From Vicinamibacterales bacterium (GTDB taxonomy: Bacteria; Acidobacteriota; Vicinamibacteria; Vicinamibacterales; UBA8438), in the NCBI GenBank assembly GCA_965262555.1, contig OZ253543.1:1413583-1477582 (forward strand): 64,000 bases of DNA, written 5' to 3'. The notes beneath the pieces were generated by a model, which ran no database searches, had not been told where the DNA came from, and was given only the letters and a program-made list of their open reading frames with translations. The position numbers were made by a program, and so were the translations under genes. Below, piece by piece: positions 45,174 through 54,189 of the stretch (positions within the stretch are counted from its first letter, which is position 1; every line of letters begins with the position of its first letter).

Positions 45174-47771
45174 ATGGTGCGTCCCGCGGTGCCGCTGGCC
45201 GTCGCGTTGGTTGCAGGCGCGGCGATCGCGGCAACCCCGACCGTCCCGGCGGGCGGGCTGTGGCTGGCGGCCGCCATGGCGGGCGGCGCGGTTGCGGCCG
45301 GGAGCCTCTGGGTCGGTCGTGCGTCGCGCGCGGCGTCGGCTGCGGTGTTGGCCGGCGCGATGCTCGCCGGCGTCGCGGCGGGGCTTGGCGCGCGGGGCGA
45401 GCTGCGCCCGCCGCTCCTCGAGTGGTTCGATGCGGGACCGGGGCGGAGCCGGGAGCGGGCGGGAATGACGATCGTCGAGGGGCGGCTGCTGCAGGATGCG
45501 ACGCCGACGGCGTACGGCGGGAGCCTGACGATCGCCGTGACGCGTATCGGCCGCGCCGGAGGGTGGCAGCCGTTGCACGGCGTCGTCCGGGCGAGCGTCG
45601 GCGGCACCCTGCTGTCCGATCACATCGCCGAGTGGCGGGGCGGACGGTTGATCCGGGCGCCGGTCGCCCTCCGGCAGCCGGCCCGCTTCGCCAATCCGGG
45701 CACGCCGGATGGGCTGGATCAGCTCTACGCGCGCGGCATTCATCTGATCGGGTCGACCAAGAGCGCACTGCTCGTCGAGGTGATCGCTCCTGGGACGCGG
45801 GTCGAGGAATGGGGCGCGCGGATGCGGGCCGTCGTGCGCCGCGCGGTGGATGCGACGGTGGGGGTGTACGACGCGCAGTCGGCCGCCATCGTGACCGCGA
45901 TCCTGATTGGGGATCGCGCCGGTCTGGATCCGGAGATGACAGACCGGTTGCAGCGGGGCGGCACGTACCACGTGATCGCGATCTCGGGAGGGAACATCGC
46001 CATCCTGACGGCGCTGCTCCTGCTTGCATTGCGCGCCGCCGGCTTCGCGGGACGGATCCCGGCCGTCGTCGTCGGACTGGCGTTGCTGGCGTACGCGCAG
46101 GTGGTGGCGCCCGAGCCGTCGGTGGCGCGCGCCCTCGTGGTCGCGATCGTACTGCTGGCGGCGCAGGCGGCGGACCACCGGGCCGATCCGCTCAACACGC
46201 TGGCACTGGCAGCGGGCGTCCTGACGGTGGTCGATCCGCGCGCGCCGTTCGACCCGGGGTTCCAGTTGACGTTCGGCGCTACGGTCGGCCTGCTCATCGG
46301 TGTTCCGCGCATCATGGCGCACCTGGGGACGGGGCAGGCGGGCCGTGACGGTGCGGTGGACTCCAGCCGGCAGACGTCAACAACCGAACCCCAGCGTAGA
46401 AACCTCGTCGTCCGGAGCCGCGTCACGGCGCTCACCAGGCTGGCCGTCACGGCAGTCGCCGGCCTCTTGATCGCCACCATCTGCGCGGAACTGGCGCTGT
46501 TCCCAGTCGCGGCGCATCACTTCTCGCGCGTCACCCTTGCCGGCCTGATCCTCAACTTTGCCGCCATTCCGCTGATGACCGTGACCCAGGCGGCGGGCAT
46601 GGCGGCGGTGGGGATCGAGGCGTCGGGCCTCGCCGCCCTCGCGGTGTGTGCCGGCTGGGTGGCGCATCTCGCCGCAGCCGGCATCGTCGACTCGGCCCGC
46701 TTCGTCGACTGGGCGCCCTGGCTCGCCTGGCGGCTGCCGCCCCCCTGGCTGCCGTTGATCGCCGCGTACTACGCGGGCTGGTTGGCCTGGCTCGCGGCGT
46801 CCGGCCGCCGCTGGCTGCGGTGCGGGGGACAGGCGGCGGTTGCCGCCAGCGCGGTGGGGATGTTGACCGCCCCGTTCCCGGGCTGGCCGGGTCCCGCCGC
46901 GGCAGATGCCTGCGCGCTGCTGCCAGCCGGAATGACCCGCGCCGGCGAGAAACCCCGGCTGTTGCGGGTGCACCTGCTCGACGTCGATCAGGCGGACGCG
47001 ACACTCGTCCGGTTCCCGGGTGGGGAGACGCTCCTCGTCGACGCCGGCGGACAGGTCTTGCCGGGGCGGTTCGATGTCGGATCGCGCGTTGTGGCGCCGG
47101 CCGTCTGGGCGCTCGGCGTCCGGTCGCTCGACTATCTGGCGATCACGCATGGCGATCCGGACCATGCGGGCGGCGCCGCGGCGGTGGTGCGCGACCTGGG
47201 TCCGCGCGAGGTCTGGGAGGGTATTCCGGTGCCGACGTCCGAGTTGCTGGCGGCGGTCCGGTCAGCGGCAACGGAGGTGCGCGCTGTCTGGCGCACCGTC
47301 CGGGCGGGCGATCGCCTGTGGATCGGCGGCGTCGATGTGCGTGTCCTGCATCCACCGGCGCCGGACTGGGAGCGCCGGCGTGTGCGAAACGACGACTCGG
47401 TGGTCCTGGAGCTGCGCCACGGCAACGTATCGATCGTCCTGCCGGGCGACATCGGCGCGGACGTAGAGCCTGCCGTGGCGGCGACGATCGATGCGGCGGC
47501 CATCCGGGTCGTGAAGGTACCGCACCATGGCAGCCGATCATCGAGCACGGCGGCCTTCATCCAGGCCCTCAGCCCATCGCTTGCGGTGGTGAGTGCGGGA
47601 CGACGGAACCTGTTCGGACATCCGCACCCGGACGTGATCGCCCGTTACGAGGCCGCCGGCGCCGGCCTGTTGCAGACCGCGAGCGACGGGGCGGTGGCGC
47701 TGTGCACCGACGGCGAACGCGTGGGCGTCTCGACCGCCATCGGCCGCCGGTTCACGCTGCCCGCGTCCTGA
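45174..47771 (+). CDS. comEC: DNA internalisation-related competence protein ComEC/Rec2
   Basis: It is a multi-TM protein with the competence-domain pattern (GTYHVIAISGGNIAIL). It has a C-terminal metallo-beta-lactamase domain (LDVDQADATLV...ITHGDPDHAGG...KVPHHGS). Confidence 0.85.
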   Translation: MVRPAVPLAVALVAGAAIAATPTVPAGGLWLAAAMAGGAVAAGSLWVGRASRAASAAVLAGAMLAGVAAGLGARGELRPPLLEWFDAGPGRSRERAGMTIVEGRLLQDATPTAYGGSLTIAVTRIGRAGGWQPLHGVVRASVGGTLLSDHIAEWRGGRLIRAPVALRQPARFANPGTPDGLDQLYARGIHLIGSTKSALLVEVIAPGTRVEEWGARMRAVVRRAVDATVGVYDAQSAAIVTAILIGDRAGLDPEMTDRLQRGGTYHVIAISGGNIAILTALLLLALRAAGFAGRIPAVVVGLALLAYAQVVAPEPSVARALVVAIVLLAAQAADHRADPLNTLALAAGVLTVVDPRAPFDPGFQLTFGATVGLLIGVPRIMAHLGTGQAGRDGAVDSSRQTSTTEPQRRNLVVRSRVTALTRLAVTAVAGLLIATICAELALFPVAAHHFSRVTLAGLILNFAAIPLMTVTQAAGMAAVGIEASGLAALAVCAGWVAHLAAAGIVDSARFVDWAPWLAWRLPPPWLPLIAAYYAGWLAWLAASGRRWLRCGGQAAVAASAVGMLTAPFPGWPGPAAADACALLPAGMTRAGEKPRLLRVHLLDVDQADATLVRFPGGETLLVDAGGQVLPGRFDVGSRVVAPAVWALGVRSLDYLAITHGDPDHAGGAAAVVRDLGPREVWEGIPVPTSELLAAVRSAATEVRAVWRTVRAGDRLWIGGVDVRVLHPPAPDWERRRVRNDDSVVLELRHGNVSIVLPGDIGADVEPAVAATIDAAAIRVVKVPHHGSRSSSTAAFIQALSPSLAVVSAGRRNLFGHPHPDVIARYEAAGAGLLQTASDGAVALCTDGERVGVSTAIGRRFTLPAS

Positions 47772-47798
47772 CCGAACGGGATTGACGGGGACGACGGC

Positions 47799-48668
47799 TC
47801 AGACGCCCGTCTTGATCCGGCGCCACTCCGCTTCCATCTCATCGAGTGAAACGCCGGAAAGCTCGATGCCGCGGTCGCGGAAGCGCGCCTCGAGTTGCGT
47901 GAACCGCTCCGTGAACTTCCGGTTCGCGCTGCGCAGGGCGGTCTCGGGATCGACGCCGAGGTGGCGGGCGAGATTGGCGAGGGCGAAGAGCAGGTCGCCC
48001 AGCTCCTCCTCGATCGCGGCGGCCGATCCCTCGGTCCTGGCGTTGGCCAGTTCCGCCAGCTCCTCGATGACTTTCGCCTCGACGCCGGACGGATCGGGCC
48101 AGTCGAAGCCGGCGCTTGCGGCGCGCTTGCCCAGCCGGTAGGCGCGGAGCAACGCGGGCAGGCTGTCCGGCACCGTGCCCAGCAGGCTCGGTTCCTCACC
48201 CGCCGTCACCCGTTCCGTCGACTTGATCGCATCCCACTGCCGCTTCACGTCGGCCGGCGTCATCGGCGATCCCGTCATGGCGCCGCCGTTGCCGGCCGCT
48301 GCCTCGTCCGTCCCGGACGGGAAGACATGCGGATGGCGGCGGATCAGCTTGTCGCAGATCGCGCGCAGCGAGTCGCTGATATGGAAGTCTCCCCGCTCGT
48401 GCGCCACCTGCGCCAGGAAGACCGCCTCGAGCAAAAAGTCACCCAGCTCGTCGCAGAGTCCGTCCGCATCACCCCGATCGATCGCATCGACCACCTCGTA
48501 GGTCTCCTCGATCACGTAGGGCCGGAGCGACTCCAGGGTCTGCTCCCGGTCCCAGGCGCAGCCCTGCTCCGACCGGAGCGTCCGCATCAGCGACACGAGG
48601 CGCGCGAAGCCGTCGGCGGCAGCGCGCACCTTGTCGTCCCGGTGGTCACCGGGGGGAGCGGTTGACAT
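47799..48668 (-). CDS. mazG: Nucleoside triphosphate pyrophosphohydrolase MazG
   Basis: It has tandem MazG domains (CAWDREQTLESLRPYVIEETYEVVDAI..., ELGDLLFALANLARHLGVDPE..L). I chose the ATG at 48668 inside the longer ORF. Confidence 0.85.
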   Translation of the reverse strand: MSTAPPGDHRDDKVRAAADGFARLVSLMRTLRSEQGCAWDREQTLESLRPYVIEETYEVVDAIDRGDADGLCDELGDFLLEAVFLAQVAHERGDFHISDSLRAICDKLIRRHPHVFPSGTDEAAAGNGGAMTGSPMTPADVKRQWDAIKSTERVTAGEEPSLLGTVPDSLPALLRAYRLGKRAASAGFDWPDPSGVEAKVIEELAELANARTEGSAAAIEEELGDLLFALANLARHLGVDPETALRSANRKFTERFTQLEARFRDRGIELSGVSLDEMEAEWRRIKTGV

Positions 48669-48714
48669 CGTGGCGTATGCTAGCAGGTCGCCTGCGGCGC
48701 ATCCGCGGCATACG

Positions 48715-49542
48715 ATGCAGATCACCTTCCTGGGGACCGGCACGTCGGCCGGCGTGCCGGTCATCGGCTGCGACTGCGCGACGTGCCGCTCCGATGATCC
48801 GCACGACCGCCGTCAGCGGCCGTCACTCTGGCTCCGCTTCGACGATGGCCGCTCGGTCCTGCTCGACGCCTCGCCCGACCTGCGGGCACAGGCGCTGGGC
48901 TTCCGCATCCCGCGCGTCGACGCGATCGTCCTGACGCATGCGCACGCCGATCACATCCTGGGCCTCGACGACGTCCGCATCTACAACTTCCGACAGAAGG
49001 CGGCGATCCCGGTCTACGGAGCAGAACGGGCGCTGACGCAGGTGCGACGGATGTTCGCATACGTCTTCGACGCGGCGGCGCAGAAGGGAGGCGGACTGCC
49101 GCAGCTCGATCTCCGGCCGCTCGCCGGGCCATTCACGCTCGGCGGCACCACCATCGTCCCGGTGCCGGTTCGGCATGGCCGCCTGCCGGTCCTCGGATTT
49201 CGGATCGGCAACTTCGCCTACCTGACCGACTGCAACCGCATCCCGGAGGTCTCCTGGCCGCTGCTCCAGGACCTCGACATCCTGGTGCTCGACGCCCTCC
49301 GCCACAAGCCGCACCCGACCCACTTCACGCTGGCCGAGGCGATCGCGACGGCCCGGCGCATCGGCGCCCGGCAGACCTGGTTCACCCACATGACGCACGA
49401 CCTCCCGCACGCGCAAACCTGCGCCGACCTGCCCGACGGGATGTCGCTCGCCTGGGACGGCCTGGAACTGGAGGTCGCCACGGACACAGCCCCGGCCGCC
49501 GCGCTTCTCGCTTCCGCCGACGCCGCCATCGGAGACTACTGA
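48715..49542 (+). CDS. MBL-fold metallo-hydrolase (PhnP-like)
   Basis: The match rests on MQITFLGTGTSAGVP..C.C..C, LTHAHADHILGLDD and THMTHD. I chose the ATG at 48715 within ORF 48631..49542. Confidence 0.8.
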   Translation: MQITFLGTGTSAGVPVIGCDCATCRSDDPHDRRQRPSLWLRFDDGRSVLLDASPDLRAQALGFRIPRVDAIVLTHAHADHILGLDDVRIYNFRQKAAIPVYGAERALTQVRRMFAYVFDAAAQKGGGLPQLDLRPLAGPFTLGGTTIVPVPVRHGRLPVLGFRIGNFAYLTDCNRIPEVSWPLLQDLDILVLDALRHKPHPTHFTLAEAIATARRIGARQTWFTHMTHDLPHAQTCADLPDGMSLAWDGLELEVATDTAPAAALLASADAAIGDY

Positions 49543-49645
49543 CCCGCTCCCGGATCGGCAGGGGTGGGCCCAGACCGCGCAGGCACCTCCGCAGCGGGTT
49601 CAACCCTGGTGCCTCCGGGTTCCAACGCGCCGCATCGTCGTAGTT

Positions 49646-49672
49646 TGAGGTTGCCCCGATTTCGTGGACAGG
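49646..49672. repeat. IS3-family terminal inverted repeat (orfB-distal end)
   Basis: TGAGGTTGCCCCGATTTCGTGGACAGG pairs with the reverse complement of 50988-51014. Confidence 0.8.
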
Positions 49673-49688
49673 TTAACGCTTTCGGGTT

Positions 49689-50651
49689 TCACGGCATGAC
49701 ATGCGTACGGAGATCCCTCCCTGTGGGCGGTGTGGAACCCGCGCGCAGCGCGGGATCCAACGGACTCGTGGGCACCTGAAGGGTGTCCACAGGCCGGACA
49801 CCGTCCACAGGGCTTGCATGGAGTCGTTCGAATTCCAACGGTGACCGATAGCCCAGTGCGGAATGGCGCCGCCGCGTGTTGTACCACCCTTCGATGAAAT
49901 CGAACACGGCCGCCCGCGCCTCGGCGTACGTTGAGAGCGTCGTGCGGTCGAGTAACTCGCACTCGAGCGTGGCGAAGAAGCTCTCGGCCATCGAGTTGTC
50001 GAAGCAATCGCCCGTCGAGCCCATCGACTGCGCCACACCCCATCCGCGGCAGCGGGCGCCGAAGGCCAGCGCCGTGTACTGGCAGCCTCTGTCCGAGTGA
50101 TGGATGACGCCAGCCGGCCGGCGTTGCGCCACAGCCATCTCCAGCGCCTCGATGACCAGCTCCGTGCGCAGGTGCGTGGCCATCGCCCAGCCGACGACCC
50201 GCCGGCTGAACACGTCGAGCACGATGGCCAGGTACAGGAAGCCGACGAGCGTCGGCACGTAGGTGATATCGGCAACCCACAGGCGATTCGGCGCGTCGGC
50301 CTCGAACCGCCGCTCGACGCGATCCGGCGCCGGCTGGGCCTGCGAATCCCGACGGGTCGTGCGCGGCGCGCGACGGCGGCTGACACCGGCCACGCCCGCG
50401 GCGCGCATCACCCGCGCGACCCGCGTGCGGCTGACCGCCACGCCGGCGTCGGCCAGTTCGGCATGCATCCGCGGCGCGCCGTACGTCCTCCGGCTGCCGG
50501 CATGGATCGCCTGCACACGCGCCGTCAGGTCCGCATCGGCCTGCGCGCGAGCCGACAGTGGCCGCCGACGCCACGCGTAGTACCCGCTCGGGGAGACGCC
50601 GAACACGCGGGCCATCGTGGCGACACGGAAACGAGCCTGATTCGCACTCAT
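49689..50651 (-). CDS. IS3-family transposase OrfB (DDE integrase core)
   Basis: The match rests on LWVADITYVPT...LAIVLDVFSRRVVGW...HSDRGCQYT...GDCFDNSMAESFF..LE.E...ALGYRSPLEFE. It is probably expressed as an OrfAB fusion by -1 frameshifting. Confidence 0.9.
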   Translation of the reverse strand: MSANQARFRVATMARVFGVSPSGYYAWRRRPLSARAQADADLTARVQAIHAGSRRTYGAPRMHAELADAGVAVSRTRVARVMRAAGVAGVSRRRAPRTTRRDSQAQPAPDRVERRFEADAPNRLWVADITYVPTLVGFLYLAIVLDVFSRRVVGWAMATHLRTELVIEALEMAVAQRRPAGVIHHSDRGCQYTALAFGARCRGWGVAQSMGSTGDCFDNSMAESFFATLECELLDRTTLSTYAEARAAVFDFIEGWYNTRRRHSALGYRSPLEFERLHASPVDGVRPVDTLQVPTSPLDPALRAGSTPPTGRDLRTHVMP

Positions 50652-50956
50652 GAACCGGTAGACCTCCCGGGTCCGGTCTCCCGTGCGAACCAGGCCGTCG
50701 CTTTTGCCAGAATCTCACGTTCCTCGCGCAGACACCGGTTCTCCCGGCGAAGCCGCCGGAGTTCCTCGCGTTCTTCGGTACGCAGGCCGTCGGTCCGCTC
50801 GCCGGCATCTCGATCAGCCTGCGCGACCCAGTTGCGGATCGCTTGGGCCGACGGCTCAAACTCCCGAGTCAACTCCTCCGGCGTGCGTCCGGACCGAACC
50901 AGATCGACCATCTGCTGCCGGAATACCGCCGGATACGGTGGCCTCGTTCTCGGCAT
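50648..50956 (-). CDS. IS3-family transposase OrfA (HTH + leucine zipper)
   Basis: The match rests on YPAVFRQQMVDLVRSGRTPEELTREFEPSAQAIRNWV...EELRRLRRENRCLREEREILAKATAWFA. The slippery GCA AAA GCG lies at 50701-50707. Confidence 0.9.
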   Translation of the reverse strand: MPRTRPPYPAVFRQQMVDLVRSGRTPEELTREFEPSAQAIRNWVAQADRDAGERTDGLRTEEREELRRLRRENRCLREEREILAKATAWFARETGPGRSTGS

Positions 50957-50987
50957 CGTGGATACCCTCCTCCTCGCAAGAGGATCA

Positions 50988-51014
50988 GGTGTCCACGGAA
51001 TCGGGTCAACTCCA
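50988..51014. repeat. IS3-family terminal inverted repeat (orfA-proximal end)
   Basis: The reverse complement reads TGGAGTTGACCCGATTCCGTGGACACC, matching 49646-49672 at 21/27 positions. Confidence 0.8.
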
Positions 51015-51186
51015 GTTCTTGTCCGGTCCGGTCCTGGCGCCTACCGCTTCTCTGTTCACCCGCACCAGCGATCGCGACACCGCGCAGTCGGCGACGAGCG
51101 AGAGCCTGCTAAAGTGCTCGATCGAGCCTCGCCCAAGAACTTAGGCAGGCCGAACGCGAAGAAGAAACCCTAGGAGGGCGAATAGA

Positions 51187-51393
51187 ATGCACGAAAAGGC
51201 AACTAGCACGAGCAAGTCCCTTGAGGTCCACCAGCAACTTAAGGGCGGCGTGTACCGGGATGTTGTCCGCATCGCAGAGAAGCATCGAAGATACTCGCAG
51301 GGCCGGCTCGTACCTGAAGGAACCATCAGGGTGAAGTGCCGTCCCCGCGTGACCCAGCACGGCGGCGCCACAAAGACCGCGGTGGAGGAGTAG
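51187..51393 (+). CDS. Hypothetical small protein (68 aa), possible first gene of the DUF262 operon
   Basis: An AGGAGG at 51172-51177 lies 9 nt before the ATG. The stop is 3 nt before the DUF262 start. I recognise no family, so this is coding-potential evidence only. Confidence 0.35.
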   Translation: MHEKATSTSKSLEVHQQLKGGVYRDVVRIAEKHRRYSQGRLVPEGTIRVKCRPRVTQHGGATKTAVEE

Positions 51394-51396
51394 GCA

Positions 51397-53343
51397 ATGG
51401 AAACACACAAGACCGCGCTCTTCGACCTCTTTCGCCGCGAGCGACAGTACCGCGTCCCTCTGTTTCAGCGCCCGTATGTGTGGTCCGAAGAGACCCAGTG
51501 GGAGCCGCTTTGGAATGACATTGCGGATCGTGCGCAAACCGTGATGGAGGCATCGGAACGACGGCGCTCGGTCCCGCCCGTTCGCAACCATTTCCTTGGC
51601 GCCATCGTCACCCAGCGCCTGGACGTGTTCGGCGCGCAGATCGATGCAGCGGAGGTCATCGACGGACAGCAACGCCTAACCACACTGCAGGTTGTCCTCG
51701 CCGCCTTCCGCGATTTCCTGCAGACGCTGTCTGAGGAGGACGCGACTGCCCTCGCACGCGTAGCCAGCGATCTTGCGACATTGACGAAGAACGCGGGCGT
51801 GATGGCTGCGGAGACCGAGGTGTTCAAGATTTGGCCCACGAACGTTGACCGCAAGGTCTTCGAGCAGGTCTTGACCTCGGGCAACGTCGCCGAGGTAAAA
51901 GAGCGCTTCCCCCTCGTCCGCCGCAAGTACCAACGCATACCCGACCCGCGTCCGCGCCTAGCTGAAGCCTACCTCTACTTCCATGAACGCGTCGCGGAGT
52001 TCTGCACTTCCGTTGAAGAACCGGTCGTTTCCGACATCCAGAAGCGAGTTCACGCACTGTATGAGGCGTTGCGGCGACACATCTTGCTGGTGCACATCGA
52101 ACTACAGGATGACGATGACCCGCAAGTAATCTTCGAGTCCTTGAATGCACGGGGTGAACCGCTCCTGCCCTCGGATCTCATCCGCAACTTCGTCTTCATG
52201 CGCGCCGGCGCCCAGAAAATAGACGCCAACGGTCTGTACGACAAACGGTGGAAGGAATACGACGAAAGACGGGACCCGGAGCAGAAGGGTGGCGAAGGCC
52301 GCTTCTGGAAGCAGATGGACCGCCAGGGGCGGATTCATCGTCCGCGCCTCGATCTCTTCATCTACCACTACCTGCAGTCAATGCTCTCCGAGGAGGTCGG
52401 TATAGGGCATCTGTACAAGACCTTCAGGGGTTGGTGGGAAGGATCGCCTGACGAGCGTGATGTCGAGGAGGAACTCGCCCGGATGCGAACACATAGCGAC
52501 GTGTTCGCCCGGCTGGCTGTACCGGGGAACGACGGCGCCGTCGAAGCATTTGCGCGACGCCTCAAGGTTCTGGACACAAGCACCATCTACCCGGTTCTCT
52601 TGTTACTTCTTGCGGCGCGGAAGGACCGGGTCGCTGACGGGGACCTCGAGGGAATACTTCAGGATCTCGAGTCATACCTGATCCGCCGCCTCGTCTGCGG
52701 CCTCACGACGAAAAGCTACAACAAGTTCTTCCTCAGCCTGCTTCGTCGGCTTCGCGAGGCCGACGTGATCACTAGAAGCCTGGTGCAAGAGCACCTCCTC
52801 GAGGGAACTGGGCCGGCCGTTGTTTGGCCGGACGACACTGCGTTTTCGCGCGCATGGCTTTCGCGGCCGATCTATGCGGATATCAAGTCTCACCGCGTTG
52901 AGATGATCCTCAGCGTTATCAACGCACGCCTGCATTCAGCCAAGCAGGAGCCTGTCACGTTTGAGGGAAAGCTCACCGTCGAACACGTCCTTCCGGTTGC
53001 GTGGGCAGCGCCCGCCTGGCCAGACCCGCCGAGTCACCCCAACCCCGAAGACGGTGAAGAGACGGCAGAAGAGTTGCGGAACCGGTTACTGCACACCTTC
53101 GGCAACCTCACGCTGCTGACGCAGGAGCTAAACTCCTCGGTGAGCAATGGGCCCTACGGGGAAAAGAAGCCCGAGATCACGGAACAGAGTCTCATCCGCT
53201 TGAACGCGTGGTTTCAGAGGGAAGCTGAGTGGAATGAGACCAAGATCCAGGAGCGCGGGAAGGCTCTCTTGAATCCAGCGAAGGACGTGTGGCCACGGCC
53301 AAGACCGGCCGAGGCGACAGCAGAGGCCGACTCAGAATGTTAA
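51397..53343 (+). CDS. DUF262 + DUF1524 protein (GmrSD/SspE/BrxU-like NTPase-nuclease)
   Basis: The N-terminal DUF262 motifs are FQRPYVW (51466-51483) and IDGQQRLTTL (DGQQR at 51661-51675). The C-terminal His-Me/HNH-like DUF1524 motifs are LTVEHVLPVAW (52981-) and HTFGNLTLLTQELNSSVSNGPYGEKK (53101-). A GGAGGAG RBS lies upstream. Confidence 0.85.
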   Translation: METHKTALFDLFRRERQYRVPLFQRPYVWSEETQWEPLWNDIADRAQTVMEASERRRSVPPVRNHFLGAIVTQRLDVFGAQIDAAEVIDGQQRLTTLQVVLAAFRDFLQTLSEEDATALARVASDLATLTKNAGVMAAETEVFKIWPTNVDRKVFEQVLTSGNVAEVKERFPLVRRKYQRIPDPRPRLAEAYLYFHERVAEFCTSVEEPVVSDIQKRVHALYEALRRHILLVHIELQDDDDPQVIFESLNARGEPLLPSDLIRNFVFMRAGAQKIDANGLYDKRWKEYDERRDPEQKGGEGRFWKQMDRQGRIHRPRLDLFIYHYLQSMLSEEVGIGHLYKTFRGWWEGSPDERDVEEELARMRTHSDVFARLAVPGNDGAVEAFARRLKVLDTSTIYPVLLLLLAARKDRVADGDLEGILQDLESYLIRRLVCGLTTKSYNKFFLSLLRRLREADVITRSLVQEHLLEGTGPAVVWPDDTAFSRAWLSRPIYADIKSHRVEMILSVINARLHSAKQEPVTFEGKLTVEHVLPVAWAAPAWPDPPSHPNPEDGEETAEELRNRLLHTFGNLTLLTQELNSSVSNGPYGEKKPEITEQSLIRLNAWFQREAEWNETKIQERGKALLNPAKDVWPRPRPAEATAEADSEC

Positions 53344-54188
53344 AGCAGGCGTCCCAGGATCTGAAGTTCGACGAGATCGGCTATTGGTCCGAGGTCAAGC
53401 TCGACATCATCAAGAAGTACGCGGCGGCGTACACCAGAATTCTCGCGCGCCAGGCAGGTCTTTCATTCAGCTACATCGACGGGTTCGCGGGAACGGGTGT
53501 CCACGTAAACAAGGAGTCTGGCAAGTATGTCGCCGGCAGTCCCTTGAACGCGCTTGAGGTCGATCCGCCGTTCAACGAGTACTTCCTCGTCGATCTGGAT
53601 GGGGATAAGGTCGACCAGCTGCGGGCCTTTCCTGAGGTGCAAGGTCGTTCCGATGTACACGTCATACATGGCGACTGCAACAGGGTGCTTCTTGAAGACG
53701 TGTTTTCCCAGGTTCGCTACGAGGACTACCGCCGCGGGCTGTGCCTGCTCGATCCCTACGGGCTGCACCTAGACTGGGAAGTGATTCGCACGGCCGGCGA
53801 GATGCGCTCGATAGAGATCTTCCTGAACTTTCCCATCATGGACATGAACCGCAACGCGCTGTGGCACCTTCCGGAGAATGCGAGCGCCGCGGGCGTAGCC
53901 CGAATGACCGCCTTCTGGGGTGACGACTCATGGCGTGAAGCCACCTATCGTAAGCAGCGGACGCTCTTCGGCGAGGATGAGGATGTGAAGCTCGGCAATC
54001 GAGAGGTGACAAATTCCTTTCGCGAGCGGCTGCGTGACGTCGCTGGTTTCCAACATGTTCTGGAACCGATGCCCATGCGTAACTCCAACAATGCCGTCGT
54101 CTACTACCTGTTCTTCGCGAGCCAGCGGCCAGTCGCGTCAAAGATCGTCCAGGACATCTTCGCCAGCTACAGGAACAGGAAGGGATAG
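53337..54188 (+). CDS. TcmP-like protein (three-Cys-motif partner protein), methyltransferase-like fold
   Basis: The N-terminus is [24 protein letters not shown] (53475-53498) resembles SAM motif I, and LLDPYG (53745-53762) resembles the DPPY-type motif IV. The end is [11 protein letters not shown]. The start overlaps the upstream stop (ATGTTAA). I recognise the family from memory only. Confidence 0.75.
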   Translation: MLKQASQDLKFDEIGYWSEVKLDIIKKYAAAYTRILARQAGLSFSYIDGFAGTGVHVNKESGKYVAGSPLNALEVDPPFNEYFLVDLDGDKVDQLRAFPEVQGRSDVHVIHGDCNRVLLEDVFSQVRYEDYRRGLCLLDPYGLHLDWEVIRTAGEMRSIEIFLNFPIMDMNRNALWHLPENASAAGVARMTAFWGDDSWREATYRKQRTLFGEDEDVKLGNREVTNSFRERLRDVAGFQHVLEPMPMRNSNNAVVYYLFFASQRPVASKIVQDIFASYRNRKG

Positions 54189-54189
54189 G

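Larger units (their letters stand above)
49646..51014 (-). mobile_element. IS3-family insertion sequence, 1369 bp, apparently intact
   Basis: It has TG...CA termini and 27-nt imperfect inverted repeats (21/27 matches). A 3-bp direct repeat GTT flanks it (49643-49645 and 51015-51017). orfA and orfB are in 0/-1 frames with an A_AAA_G slippery motif. Confidence 0.85.

Noticed and set aside
49582-49613. A GGGTTCAACCC T-loop-like motif inside a GGCACC/GGTGCC hairpin just left of the IS. It could be a tRNA 3' fragment or att site.
   Set aside because: No acceptor, D or anticodon arms can be built around it on either strand. It may simply be a stem-loop after the MBL gene.
51109-51672. A minus-strand 187-aa ORF (and 51141..51410) across the leader and start of the DUF262 gene.
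   Set aside because: It is antisense to a gene with clear DUF262 motifs. It has no RBS, and its composition looks non-coding.
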